Positions 25,813 to 35,807 of a DNA stretch of 64,000 nucleotides are shown here, piece after piece. Each line of letters opens with the position of its first letter. Positions within the stretch are counted from its first letter, which is position 1. The position numbers were made by a program, and so were the translations under genes. This DNA is from a virus: IMG/VR virus record IMGVR_UViG_3300027973_000056, positions 2,621-66,620 of that record; one strand, written 5' to 3'. The notes below the pieces were generated by a model, which saw nothing but the letters and a program-made list of their open reading frames with translations, was not told the DNA's origin and made no database searches.

Positions 25813-26814
25813 TTACTGTATTCTCCATTTAGAATCATCACCGTATGACGTTGGGCCACCTTCTTTAACTCCTCTAAGAATGTCAACGTAATTGTCAATC
25901 TTACTTAAAACTCCTCCCCACTTACCATTAAACTCATTCGCACATGCCTGAACTTTTTCTTTCATCGGTTCAAATGCGTTAGGTTGAATTCTTTTTTTAG
26001 TGATGTAAGCTTGGTAATACGCTTCAATAGTATTTTTACAATCTCCTTTACTTGATGGAGTTTGACTTGATACTGCGAGATTAAATTGTTGTTCAATACT
26101 TGAACCGTTTGCACCCACGACATTTTCAGGTGGGAAATACATTACTAAATCTTGAGAGAAATATCCTTCACTTGCAGGACTAACGACTCTTGAACTCCAT
26201 GTCTTTGCCTCTTCAGGGTCTAATTCTTTTCTTAATTTAGCTCCTTTGCCTTTCCATTTTTCAATTACTTTAGTTTGGTCAGGAGTTAATCCTCCCGTAA
26301 TTCCACTGCCAGGAACACTTCTATATAATGTCACACCATTAACAACTTTCTTTTCAAACATTAATGGGTTTTCTAAATTTTCACGAGTTGTTTTAATGTC
26401 TTTAGCTTCTTGCCATCCACCTTCTTGTTGTATTAAAGAAGTATCCGCAGCATTTGCAGCTGCTGTCGCAGCATTTGCTGCTGCTGCAGTTGCTTGTTGA
26501 ACTTCTGAACAATCTAATTTACCTGGAAGGAATTGAAATTTGCCACTTCCGTCAAAAATACCTGCTCTTCCGTCTGCAAAGAAATATCTAACTTTTCCTG
26601 GTGTTTTAGTACTCTCTTGTTTAATTGCAAACTGTAATGCAGGATTCTTAGTTTGCATTGTCACAATTTTACCATTCTTTACACATCCATCTGATATTAT
26701 TTTATTTAATTTACTTTTTAAATCAGAGTCAACTTGTTCTGAAATTAAAGATTTTTTCATTTTGGAATGCATTTCCAAAATTGATTCTTTATCTATTTGA
26801 GTGATATTATACAT
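25813..26814 (-). CDS. hypothetical (probable virion) protein
   Basis: 333 aa; ILEMH..LISEQ N-terminus, Ala-rich linker. Confidence 0.75.
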   Translation of the reverse strand: MYNITQIDKESILEMHSKMKKSLISEQVDSDLKSKLNKIISDGCVKNGKIVTMQTKNPALQFAIKQESTKTPGKVRYFFADGRAGIFDGSGKFQFLPGKLDCSEVQQATAAAANAATAAANAADTSLIQQEGGWQEAKDIKTTRENLENPLMFEKKVVNGVTLYRSVPGSGITGGLTPDQTKVIEKWKGKGAKLRKELDPEEAKTWSSRVVSPASEGYFSQDLVMYFPPENVVGANGSSIEQQFNLAVSSQTPSSKGDCKNTIEAYYQAYITKKRIQPNAFEPMKEKVQACANEFNGKWGGVLSKIDNYVDILRGVKEGGPTSYGDDSKWRIQ

Positions 26815-26832
26815 TTTTATATTTTTTTTAAT

Positions 26833-27786
26833 TTAGAAATCATTGCCGTTGATACGTTCTTCTTCCCCTGAAATCTCAGGTTCAACTACAGCCTTTTCAC
26901 ATATTTTAGTTACGTCAGCATCTGTAAATGTTGTAAATCCTTTACCACTTAATGCCGCTTGAGTTTTTGGACCAAATTTACCATCAGTAACTAACCCTAA
27001 ACATCCTTGTACTTTAGCAATTACATCAGACTTACATCCTTTTGAGTAAGTTCCTGAACAAGATTTATATCCACCTCCTGAGTTACCACCATCAGTTTTT
27101 TTCTGTTCTTCAGGAGTTAATACTATTTCAGTATCTTCAATCATTCCCGCTAAAGGTCTTGTAAACATTTTCCATTCATCAGGACTATCAGTTAAATCAT
27201 CTAAAAATTTTAAAAGTCCGCCAGTCACTTTTTTATCTAAAGCACATAAGTCAGGAATTGATTCAACTTTTTGTAATGTAGACACAATAGCATCTTCATC
27301 ATCATTCCAGTTACCTTTGGCGTCTTCAATTTGAAAAGCTAAAGTTCGTATCTCACTTTTTGACATTTTAGGGACCAATTTAGATACTCCAGGTGCTTGA
27401 CAAACACTTATTACTTGAGCAAATCCATCTTTACCCTTATCTCCATTTACCATCCAATCAACAAGTTTATATAATCCATAAGCAGCGACTGCACCTACAG
27501 CCGCGGGACCTAAGATACCTACGCTCAATAAAGCACCTCCACCAGCACTAAGTCCAGCTAAAGTTCCTGCACCTCCAGCGAGACCAGCTGCATTTGCCGC
27601 TGCTGCCGCTCCACCTGCCAAAGCTCCACCTGTCAAAGCTCCTCCTGTTACCGCTCCAACTTCACCTGGTGAAGGTTGTTCGGAAATTATTTGTCTATTT
27701 TCATTCAAAGTTTTTGATGAATCATATTTCATCATTAACTTCATTTTCTCTAAAGCCTCTTCAGGGCTATATTTTGGTTGTACCAT
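26833..27786 (-). CDS. probable virion protein with Gly/Ala-rich hydrophobic segment and C-terminal PG-binding-like domain
   Basis: TLNEN..ISEQ N-terminus; KVQGCLGLVTDGKFGPKT motif. Confidence 0.65.
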   Translation of the reverse strand: MVQPKYSPEEALEKMKLMMKYDSSKTLNENRQIISEQPSPGEVGAVTGGALTGGALAGGAAAAANAAGLAGGAGTLAGLSAGGGALLSVGILGPAAVGAVAAYGLYKLVDWMVNGDKGKDGFAQVISVCQAPGVSKLVPKMSKSEIRTLAFQIEDAKGNWNDDEDAIVSTLQKVESIPDLCALDKKVTGGLLKFLDDLTDSPDEWKMFTRPLAGMIEDTEIVLTPEEQKKTDGGNSGGGYKSCSGTYSKGCKSDVIAKVQGCLGLVTDGKFGPKTQAALSGKGFTTFTDADVTKICEKAVVEPEISGEEERINGNDF

Positions 27787-27818
27787 GTGATGTATTTTAT
27801 ATTATAAATATGTTAATT

Positions 27819-28067
27819 CTACCAAATTTTATTTGCGGCTCCTCTATTAAGGCCAGTTTCCCATTTTTCACCTGCAAGTCCTAATTTGTTTGCTTTACCT
27901 CTTGTTAGAGTGTAAGTGTCAGCCCACTTTGGAATTGAGCCTCCTCCACCTCCTGTTGAGGGTGCTGGTGAGGACGCCGCAGCGTCTTGTTCTCCCATTT
28001 CTCCTTTACTATCTTCGTTAGTGTGCTTCTTAAAAAAATCAATAAGGAAATCTACGTCTAATATCAT
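27819..28067 (-). CDS. hypothetical protein
   Basis: 82 aa; TRGKAN/NRGAAN repeats; TATTTAT upstream. Confidence 0.65.
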   Translation of the reverse strand: MILDVDFLIDFFKKHTNEDSKGEMGEQDAAASSPAPSTGGGGGSIPKWADTYTLTRGKANKLGLAGEKWETGLNRGAANKIW

Positions 28068-28115
28068 AGTTATAAATATTTTGTAGTTTGTAAAAAAAAA
28101 TATTATATTTGCGAT

Positions 28116-28649
28116 ATGAAAAAACTCTTTTTATTATTGCTCGTTTTAGTTCTAACCTCTTGTGAAAGATATGTTACAGAGATTAGAGATTTATCCTTAA
28201 GCGGAAAATATGTTGTCTCAAAATTGGAGATTACAAATGTTGACCAAAACGAAACAAGAGATTCGTTGTACCTTCTTGGTACAACCTATAATAATACTTT
28301 ATTACCAAAACCATTTGATAATATTAGAATTAATAATTTTTATGTTCATATGGATTATTCAACCATTAGAATGAAACTATTAGGTGTAACCCAATCAGGA
28401 CAAGACATTTGGAAATACGGTTCAAATAATGACCCAATTTTTTACAACACATTTGGAGCAACACCATTTAGTTTTGGGTATATGCAATTCAACTACATCA
28501 CTGATGATGGCTCATCAAGAACAGTAACATTTTTAATTGAAGACGACGGTTTTGAGACTCTTCAATTGAAAAGTTCTGGCGCATGGTTTAATGGAAAATT
28601 TGGTCAAAAACAAGTTATGACTTTATCCTTAACAAGAGTGGGTCCTTAA
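28116..28649 (+). CDS. lipoprotein (lipocalin-like beta protein)
   Basis: LTSC lipobox, LSGKYVVS motif; TATATTTG promoter. Confidence 0.7.
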   Translation: MKKLFLLLLVLVLTSCERYVTEIRDLSLSGKYVVSKLEITNVDQNETRDSLYLLGTTYNNTLLPKPFDNIRINNFYVHMDYSTIRMKLLGVTQSGQDIWKYGSNNDPIFYNTFGATPFSFGYMQFNYITDDGSSRTVTFLIEDDGFETLQLKSSGAWFNGKFGQKQVMTLSLTRVGP

Positions 28650-28951
28650 TAGAACTCACTCTTTGGTAATGCGTCTGGATTAATAGTATAATATTCGTTC
28701 AAGAATATAATCAACTCTTCCTCATCTAACTCAATTTTATCTTCCCCTTCCAAGATTTCATCATCTGCGAAATCGTCGTCAAAAAAATCAAAGGATTCTG
28801 ACACAAGGTCAAAACCATAATCTTCAACATGAGTATAATCAATGTTGTCAGTTCTCAATACTTCTTCACTATCTTCAATCGTTCTAAACGAAACATCCAA
28901 AACATTGGTGCTAGGGTTTAAGAAGTAGGATATAATTTCTTTAATTTCCAT
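28646..28951 (-). CDS. acidic hypothetical protein
   Basis: 101-aa ORF. Confidence 0.7.
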   Translation of the reverse strand: MEIKEIISYFLNPSTNVLDVSFRTIEDSEEVLRTDNIDYTHVEDYGFDLVSESFDFFDDDFADDEILEGEDKIELDEEELIIFLNEYYTINPDALPKSEFY

Positions 28952-29067
28952 AATAAGTTAATTTATAAACAAATATGCTTAAACATAGCGAAAGTCATAA
29001 AATTAATCAATAATTATCATTTTTATTTTTCTATTTATGGTTATAATTTATTTATAAATTAAAATAT

Positions 29068-29649
29068 ATGAGATTTAATTCATTAACAATCGACAATTTT
29101 TACGCTAACCCAATGGAGGTTAGAGAGTTTGCCCTTAAACAAGAATTTAAAGTTAGAGGAAACTACCCAGGTCAAAGAACTGAGTCATTTTTAAATGATG
29201 GTATTAAAAAAAGATTAAGAGATATTTTATTTCCATTTGCTGGTGAGATTACTTGGTGGGGAGGTGATTATACAGGGTCATTCCAATATACTACCGCAGC
29301 AGATAGGTCTTGGATTCATGCCGATTCAACAACCGATTGGGCAGCCGTATGTTATTTAACCCCTGACGCTCCTGTTAGTGCAGGTACTGGAATTTTCAGG
29401 CATAAGAAAACAGGTTGGATGAATTACGATTATAAAAGAGAAAGTGAGCCAGGATATAAAGAATCGGCTCCTTCAGGTGATGATACACAAGATTATACTA
29501 AATGGGAAATGGTTGATAGAGTAGGAAATATTTTTAATAGATTAATTATGTATCGTGCAGACAACTATCATGTGTCATTAGACTATTTTGGGAAAGATAA
29601 AGAAGATGGAAGATTATTTCAGGTCTTCTTCTTCAACACTGAGAGATAA
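29068..29649 (+). CDS. 2OG-Fe(II) oxygenase (DUF6445-like)
   Basis: IDNFY.NP, YPG.RT, HxD (WIHAD), FNRL..Y....H, RL.QVFF. Confidence 0.75.
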   Translation: MRFNSLTIDNFYANPMEVREFALKQEFKVRGNYPGQRTESFLNDGIKKRLRDILFPFAGEITWWGGDYTGSFQYTTAADRSWIHADSTTDWAAVCYLTPDAPVSAGTGIFRHKKTGWMNYDYKRESEPGYKESAPSGDDTQDYTKWEMVDRVGNIFNRLIMYRADNYHVSLDYFGKDKEDGRLFQVFFFNTER

Positions 29650-30078
29650 TAAAAACTCAGGATTTAATGATGCAATAACTTCAAGAACACCTTCTGTACA
29701 ATAACATGAATCTAAAGTACTGAAAACTTTATTAAATTTTTTAAACCCAACTAATACTGGGTTAAAAAGAAAATTAGAATTAGTAACAACTTTAGGTTTT
29801 GGGGGATTCCATAATCTACTATAGTGATAACCAAGTCCATGTATAAAATCAATACTGTCTTCGACATAAGATTCATAATATGGTATCTCTAATTGGTCTA
29901 CTATAGTTTTAATATAGTTTATTTCGTTTTCTCTATTTTCAAAATATGAATACATTGTTATAGATGCACCCATTATAGAATTTTTATATTGTTCTTTTTG
30001 CAAAAAATGCCACAAGAAATATTCATTATTTCTTGCGACATCTCTAAAGTCTTTGATTGTAATAATTTTTCTATCCAT
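29614..30078 (-). CDS. hypothetical protein
   Basis: 154-aa ORF. Confidence 0.65.
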   Translation of the reverse strand: MDRKIITIKDFRDVARNNEYFLWHFLQKEQYKNSIMGASITMYSYFENRENEINYIKTIVDQLEIPYYESYVEDSIDFIHGLGYHYSRLWNPPKPKVVTNSNFLFNPVLVGFKKFNKVFSTLDSCYCTEGVLEVIASLNPEFLLSLSVEEEDLK

Positions 30079-30677
30079 TATCTAAAATTAGCACCTGCAA
30101 TCCAAGTTACTAATGATTTTCTTACACCTGAGGTTAATGGGGTTACTCGATGTAATAAAAATGAAGGAAAGAAACAAAGTGTCCCTAATCCTTTTGGAAC
30201 TGAAATTACTCCACCTCCTGGATTCATTTCTAAGTCACCACCTTCATACTCTTCGGGTGTTGATAATTGTAAAACACAAGATAGTTTTCTATTTGAAATT
30301 CCCGCTCCTAAATCAGCGTGCCAGTCGTAATGACCACCATTTCCGTAATACTTAGTATACTGTAGACTATCGTAATAATCCCAAAGGTCAAAATTCCACA
30401 TTTCTTTATTTGCAATTTTTGCGTAATGTGCTAATTTTTCATAAATCCATTGTGCTTCGGGGATATCGTTAATCCACGAAATTTCGCTAAGTCTATAGTC
30501 ACTAACTGTTGACCCCAATTCGTTACTTACGGTAGTTCCTGACTGTTTTACTTGGCTTTCACCAATATCAATGATTTTCACAATCTCTTCAGGAGTAAAT
30601 GCGTTAGTGAAATAATAGTAGTTCAAATGATTTACATTTGTTCTTTGTTCTGCTAAAAAATAGTTTGGTGATGACAT
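30078..30677 (-). CDS. 2OG-Fe(II) oxygenase (prolyl-hydroxylase-like)
   Basis: YDWHAD, RKLS..LQL, YEGG, FPSFLLHRVTP..G.RKSLV.W. Confidence 0.88.
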   Translation of the reverse strand: MSSPNYFLAEQRTNVNHLNYYYFTNAFTPEEIVKIIDIGESQVKQSGTTVSNELGSTVSDYRLSEISWINDIPEAQWIYEKLAHYAKIANKEMWNFDLWDYYDSLQYTKYYGNGGHYDWHADLGAGISNRKLSCVLQLSTPEEYEGGDLEMNPGGGVISVPKGLGTLCFFPSFLLHRVTPLTSGVRKSLVTWIAGANFR

Positions 30678-30746
30678 TTTGAATTAATTTTATATCTTTA
30701 ATTATAGATAAACAAAATCCGATATTCAATAGAAATTTTTAAATTA

Positions 30747-31907
30747 ATGAAAAAACATAAAATAATCGATACCATATTTTTTTATGATGAAATAGACATG
30801 TTATTGTTTAGACTTACCGAATTAAACGAATATGTTGACCATTTTATCATTATGGAGTCAAACATTGATTTTTTAGGAAATTTAAAACCTCTTTTCTTTT
30901 TGGAAAATCAAAACTTATTTGAAAATTGGAAGGATAAAATTACATATTTACCGACTTCAAATATTACTTCAGATACCATTTCATCTCTACATGATGAATT
31001 GAAAAAGGCCAGATGTGGTAGTAATTTTACATTATCAATAAACAGAGATAATATACAACTTACCCAATTAAATAATTTAAAAAATTATTTGCTGTCAACT
31101 GACTTATCTTTTGAAGATTTAATATTAATATCTGATGTTGATGAAATTCCAAATTTATCTGATTATCATATCATTTTAAATAAACTAAAATTTAACCCTG
31201 TCATTTTACGACAAAAAAATTTCCAATGGTCCAAAGACTATATTAATACCAAACCTCATTTGGGTACTTGTTGTCTATTATTTACAAGTATAATAACAAC
31301 CCTACCACATTTTTTTAAGCTTTATTTTATTCGAAATGACATACATTCTCAATTGTATGAGATTATTGATTCTGGGTATCACTTTTCACATTTTTCATCA
31401 ATGGATAAAACCAAAGAAAAATTATCATTATTAAATCCTGAAATTTCAGAATCATACATAAAATATTGTTGGGATAATTTAATTTCTTTAACGACCGACG
31501 AAACCAAAAGAAAATATAGTTTGATTGAATATGACGGAGAACTACCAAAAAATATTAAATTAATTCAAAGTCAAAAAATTAGCCGAAATTTTTCAAAAAA
31601 ATACACAATAACATTAGACTATAACAAAGTTGAATCGACATTTAGTTTAAACGTGCATTGTGAGGAAAATAATCAATTTGATATTCTATTGCCAACATCA
31701 AAATATTATGATATTTTAATAGAGGAGAATACTCTTGAGAATTTTCAAAAGATGTACTGCGTTAATGAAATTAAAAAAATAATAAATTCTTTTAACCCAT
31801 TAAGCCGAGACCTATTTAAGTTTGTTAATGATGGCAAATTTATAGAATATTCGTGGGCAGAATTAAAAAATGAATTTATTTACGATAGAATTAAAGATAT
31901 CCTATAA
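30747..31907 (+). CDS. GT17-like glycosyltransferase
   Basis: FFYDE.DML..RL.EL..VD.FII.ES, SDVDEIP, G.HFS. Confidence 0.75.
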   Translation: MKKHKIIDTIFFYDEIDMLLFRLTELNEYVDHFIIMESNIDFLGNLKPLFFLENQNLFENWKDKITYLPTSNITSDTISSLHDELKKARCGSNFTLSINRDNIQLTQLNNLKNYLLSTDLSFEDLILISDVDEIPNLSDYHIILNKLKFNPVILRQKNFQWSKDYINTKPHLGTCCLLFTSIITTLPHFFKLYFIRNDIHSQLYEIIDSGYHFSHFSSMDKTKEKLSLLNPEISESYIKYCWDNLISLTTDETKRKYSLIEYDGELPKNIKLIQSQKISRNFSKKYTITLDYNKVESTFSLNVHCEENNQFDILLPTSKYYDILIEENTLENFQKMYCVNEIKKIINSFNPLSRDLFKFVNDGKFIEYSWAELKNEFIYDRIKDIL

Positions 31908-31937
31908 AAAAACCCCTCCGTTAAGAGGGGTTTGTTA

Positions 31938-33503
31938 TTAATTGTATTTGTTAAATCTGTTAAACATTTCCATGATTTTGTTTTTCTGAGTTTGAAATGA
32001 CTCTTGTAAGTCTTCATCAATTTCACTCCAATCAGTATCACCAAAATGAGACTTAATATCTTCCCATGAACTCATCGCATCTAAACCTTCGTAATCTGAT
32101 GGGTCAAATTCATCATCGTCAAAATCTTCTCCCTTATCTTTAGCATCTTGTTGTCTTTTCATCTTTTTCCACGCATGTGCTGGTAAATATTGTTCGTCAG
32201 TTTCACCTTCATATGAAAATTCTTGATAAGGTCCCGCTTTACCTGGCCCTTCACTATCAAAATCAAATGCTGGGTCCATATCACTATAAACACCCTGAGA
32301 ACCTGAAATATCTACTTCATCAATTTCATCTGCCCAAGCTGATTCCATTGGTTCCCAACATTCTTCACATTCTCCATCTTCATTTACAGGATAAACTGAA
32401 TCTGGCCCGTTTGATTCAAAATCGTAAGCTGGTTCAACATCATCAACATCCATGTCATAAGAATTTCCACCTTGTTCATCTAAGTTATCAACAAATCTCT
32501 CAATATGTTTTCCTGGCATTAAATGAGACATTGAATCTTTACCTTTAAAATGATACATTTTTTCTCCATGATTTTTATCCTCATGTTCATCATCAAATTC
32601 AATTTCATCCTCAAAACTTGGTGTACTATATCTGTATTTTCTACCTTTTTCTAATTCATGAGTACCTAATTCGTCTATTTCGCCATTACTTGATTTCTCA
32701 AGGTCAACTAACCCAAGGTCAACTAATCTTTTTGTAAAAACTTTTCTTGGTAATTTTCTTAAGTATCTAATAACAATTGGTGGAATATCATCGCCATATT
32801 GACCAAAAAGTTTTGCTAAAATGTCTTTTTCTTTTGGAGTTGGTTCAAAGCTAGCTCTTGCACGAGAAGCTTTCATTCCAAATTTACCTTTTTCGTACGG
32901 TTTGTCGTCTGTTTCATCTTCACCCATTTCTGCACTATTTAAATCTTCAAATCCGTCATCTTCATTATCAGGGTCTTCAAAATTATCATTATAATTTACA
33001 AAATCATCTGATTCGTCTTCTCGATATAAATTTTTGTACATTCCTTCAAATGTATCTACATCATTACCACCACCTTCAACATAGTCAAAATCGCCATGTT
33101 TTAAGTTAAGGTCTTTAACTTTATAAATGTCATCTAAATGACCTGTCTCTTCTTCTAATCCATCCATTAAAGTTGCATCCCAATCAGAATCATCTTCTTC
33201 TGACATGCCATCTTTATAACCACATTCCATACATTCACCTTCGTACATTTCTCCACCACACTCACACATAGATTTTTTAGAAACTTGTTCGTTAATTCCC
33301 ATGTTTGTATATTTCTTAACCTCACCTTTATTATTAACCACTAATCCTTCTTTGTCTCCAGCAAAATCATATACAGTTAATGGTTGAGTATTTGATACTT
33401 GCGGTTGCATTGTTTGGTAACCGTTATATACACTTTTATGTTGGTCTAATATATCTGACTTCTCAGTTGCAGATAATTGACCTAATCCAAAATAACCTCT
33501 CAT
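31938..33503 (-). CDS. highly acidic protein, possibly head core/scaffold
   Basis: 521 aa, D/E-rich, many (I/L/M)xE sites, duplicated PAYDFES.GP motif; TATTTAT upstream. Confidence 0.7.
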   Translation of the reverse strand: MRGYFGLGQLSATEKSDILDQHKSVYNGYQTMQPQVSNTQPLTVYDFAGDKEGLVVNNKGEVKKYTNMGINEQVSKKSMCECGGEMYEGECMECGYKDGMSEEDDSDWDATLMDGLEEETGHLDDIYKVKDLNLKHGDFDYVEGGGNDVDTFEGMYKNLYREDESDDFVNYNDNFEDPDNEDDGFEDLNSAEMGEDETDDKPYEKGKFGMKASRARASFEPTPKEKDILAKLFGQYGDDIPPIVIRYLRKLPRKVFTKRLVDLGLVDLEKSSNGEIDELGTHELEKGRKYRYSTPSFEDEIEFDDEHEDKNHGEKMYHFKGKDSMSHLMPGKHIERFVDNLDEQGGNSYDMDVDDVEPAYDFESNGPDSVYPVNEDGECEECWEPMESAWADEIDEVDISGSQGVYSDMDPAFDFDSEGPGKAGPYQEFSYEGETDEQYLPAHAWKKMKRQQDAKDKGEDFDDDEFDPSDYEGLDAMSSWEDIKSHFGDTDWSEIDEDLQESFQTQKNKIMEMFNRFNKYN

Positions 33504-33584
33504 AATAATATTTTTATTATAAATAGTTTGAAATTCTTCTTTTTTTAGTTTGACTTATTGCAGAAGGAATTCTATTATTTTGAT

Positions 33585-33666
33585 TAGGGGGAGGTCCAAC
33601 TTCATTTTGATAGTATCTTGGTAATTTACTTATCGCCTTCATTTTGGATTTCTCCCTATTTTTTTT
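33585..33666 (+). ncRNA. candidate trans-acting antisense sRNA
   Basis: 15-bp stem 33585-33599/33644-33658 with G:U pairs, T8 tract; 44-nt loop complementary to start regions at 51757-51780 and 59020-59034. Confidence 0.65.
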
Positions 33667-33921
33667 ATGACAATTTCAATCGACGATATTAACGAACAAG
33701 CTGAAGGGGCCGTATTATTAGACGGTCTTAATGACGCAATTATTGGAATTGTTGAGGAATTCGGCAACGGACCGAGAATCCTATACTCCAAAAACAAAGT
33801 TCTTCAGATTCTTGAAGACCGAGACGGAATGACTCCACTCGAAGCAGTTGAATTCTACGAATACAATATTTTAGGTTTATTCGCTGGAGACCAAAATCCC
33901 ATTTTTTTAATTACAGAATAA
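33667..33921 (+). CDS. hypothetical phage protein
   Basis: LDG..DAIIG...YS...EA.EF..YNI.G...P pattern. Confidence 0.75.
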   Translation: MTISIDDINEQAEGAVLLDGLNDAIIGIVEEFGNGPRILYSKNKVLQILEDRDGMTPLEAVEFYEYNILGLFAGDQNPIFLITE

Positions 33922-33937
33922 TTCTTATCTTTGTCGT

Positions 33938-34615
33938 ATGATAAAAGTACCTGTAGATACCAAAAATATCCCAGAAGTTAATGTATGGATTACTTCTGAC
34001 ACCCACTATTCTCACAAGAATATATGTAGGGGTGTAACCAGTTGGAGAACACCATCAGGTGAAATTCCTGTGTCTCAAACTCGTGACTTTTCCACAATAG
34101 AAAAAATGAATGCCTCAATTGTTAATAACATTAATGAAGTTGTTGGTCAAGATGATATGTTAATTCACCTTGGTGACTGGTCTTTTGGTGGAAACGAACA
34201 AATACGTGAATTTTGGGATAGAATCATATGTAAAAATATTCACTTAGTGTTAGGAAACCACGACCACCACATCGAAAACAATAGAGATGGATGTCAGGGT
34301 TTATTTAAATCTGTTTCTCACTACAATACACTTGAAATGGGACAGTTTAAGTTCCGTTTGATGCACTACCCTATAAGTTCATGGGATGGTCTTGGTAAAG
34401 GTGTAATGCACTTACACGGTCACTGCCACTTACCAAACAATTTAAAACTTAGTAAAGGTCAAAGAATGGATGTGGGTATGGATGGTCACCTTGAGTTTAG
34501 ACCATACAATGTTTATAGGGAAATTGTTCCATTACTTAGAAACAGACCTAAAGTTTCTGAAATAGGTGAATATGACCATCATTTAGATAATATTCAAAAT
34601 AAGGATAATGGATAA
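33938..34615 (+). CDS. calcineurin-like metallophosphoesterase
   Basis: SDTH, HLGD, GNHD, HYP, HGHCH. Confidence 0.88.
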   Translation: MIKVPVDTKNIPEVNVWITSDTHYSHKNICRGVTSWRTPSGEIPVSQTRDFSTIEKMNASIVNNINEVVGQDDMLIHLGDWSFGGNEQIREFWDRIICKNIHLVLGNHDHHIENNRDGCQGLFKSVSHYNTLEMGQFKFRLMHYPISSWDGLGKGVMHLHGHCHLPNNLKLSKGQRMDVGMDGHLEFRPYNVYREIVPLLRNRPKVSEIGEYDHHLDNIQNKDNG

Positions 34616-34928
34616 GTCAGTTAAATTATTTTATACTCCTCCAAAAGATGAATGCTTTGAAGAATTACGAACAATTTGCATTCGTTTTTGGAGGACTTTT
34701 GATGAGGTTGAATATGTAGATGAGAAAATTAATAGAATAAAAAATTTAAAAAATGAAGGTTGTAATTTTGTGATGATGATTCAAATGATTCATGCAGTAA
34801 GTAGGGAATTTATTGCAAAAGCATTATCTTTGGAGACTCGAAATGAAATTAGTATGAGGTTACATGGGTGGGAAAAAGAAAACGAATTTGATTTTTTCAA
34901 TATATGGAATATAAACAATAATTTATGA
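34608..34928 (+). CDS. hypothetical protein
   Basis: 106-aa ORF in operon. Confidence 0.65.
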   Translation: MDKSVKLFYTPPKDECFEELRTICIRFWRTFDEVEYVDEKINRIKNLKNEGCNFVMMIQMIHAVSREFIAKALSLETRNEISMRLHGWEKENEFDFFNIWNINNNL

Positions 34929-35338
34929 ATGGAGTATTATTTTTAGTAAGAGGTTTACCTGGTTCAGGTAAGACATCATTTGCATCGGCTATTTGGAATG
35001 AATATGCTGTATGTGAAGCAGACAAATTTTTTTACGATAAAGAAGGGAACTACAATTTTGACGTGTCAAAGTTAAAGGAGGCACATACTTGGTGTAAAAA
35101 TCAAGTTGAGACCAAAATGATTGACCATCAAAATAACCAACAATATTATCCTGAAATTGCAGTTTCAAATACCTTTACCCAAGAATGGGAAATGGAAGAT
35201 TATTTCAAATTAGCAGAAAAATATGGATATAAAGTAGTATCTTTGATTATTGAAAATAGACATGGTGGACAGAACGTTCATGGAGTACCAGAAGACAAAC
35301 TCCAAATAATGAAAGATAGATTTCAAATTAAATTATAA
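34925..35338 (+). CDS. P-loop polynucleotide-kinase-like protein (AAA_33)
   Basis: RGLPGSGKT, EAD.FF, VSNTF, N.HGVP. Confidence 0.85.
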   Translation: MNGVLFLVRGLPGSGKTSFASAIWNEYAVCEADKFFYDKEGNYNFDVSKLKEAHTWCKNQVETKMIDHQNNQQYYPEIAVSNTFTQEWEMEDYFKLAEKYGYKVVSLIIENRHGGQNVHGVPEDKLQIMKDRFQIKL

Positions 35339-35342
35339 TATT

Positions 35343-35576
35343 ATGATAAGTCCATTTTGTTATATTGCAATACACAACTGGGAATACCGTAGAGAGAAAC
35401 ATAAAGTAGAGAATCATCCATTAGGTAGAGACGTAATCAGAGTAGTGGTTAGGGAATGCAAATGGTGCGGACATAGAGAACATCATACCTTGCCAAGAGT
35501 TGGTAAAAAATTTACTTTTTGGAGAAATTTTGATACTATTGGTAAAGACGACACAATAAAATTTGAACAATTATAA
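35343..35576 (+). CDS. hypothetical protein (DUF1660-like Cys/His)
   Basis: C...HNW...ECKWCG. Confidence 0.55.
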   Translation: MISPFCYIAIHNWEYRREKHKVENHPLGRDVIRVVVRECKWCGHREHHTLPRVGKKFTFWRNFDTIGKDDTIKFEQL

Positions 35577-35587
35577 AAAACAATCAC

Positions 35588-35806
35588 ATGCAAACATTAG
35601 TATTTAACACATCAACAAAATCAGTAAAACTTTATGAAGGAAATGAGTCATCTCCAATCCTTTATACTTTTGACTCAGTACCAACCGTAAAAATTGAAGT
35701 CGGTTATTATCAAGTAATGCAAGTAGACGGAGCATCAACAGAAGACAAAAGAGTACCTGTCGCCCGTTTCCCTGTATCAAACACAAACATGTTAATTAAG
35801 AAATAA
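35588..35806 (+). CDS. hypothetical protein
   Basis: 72-aa ORF in operon. Confidence 0.65.
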   Translation: MQTLVFNTSTKSVKLYEGNESSPILYTFDSVPTVKIEVGYYQVMQVDGASTEDKRVPVARFPVSNTNMLIKK

Positions 35807-35807
35807 A

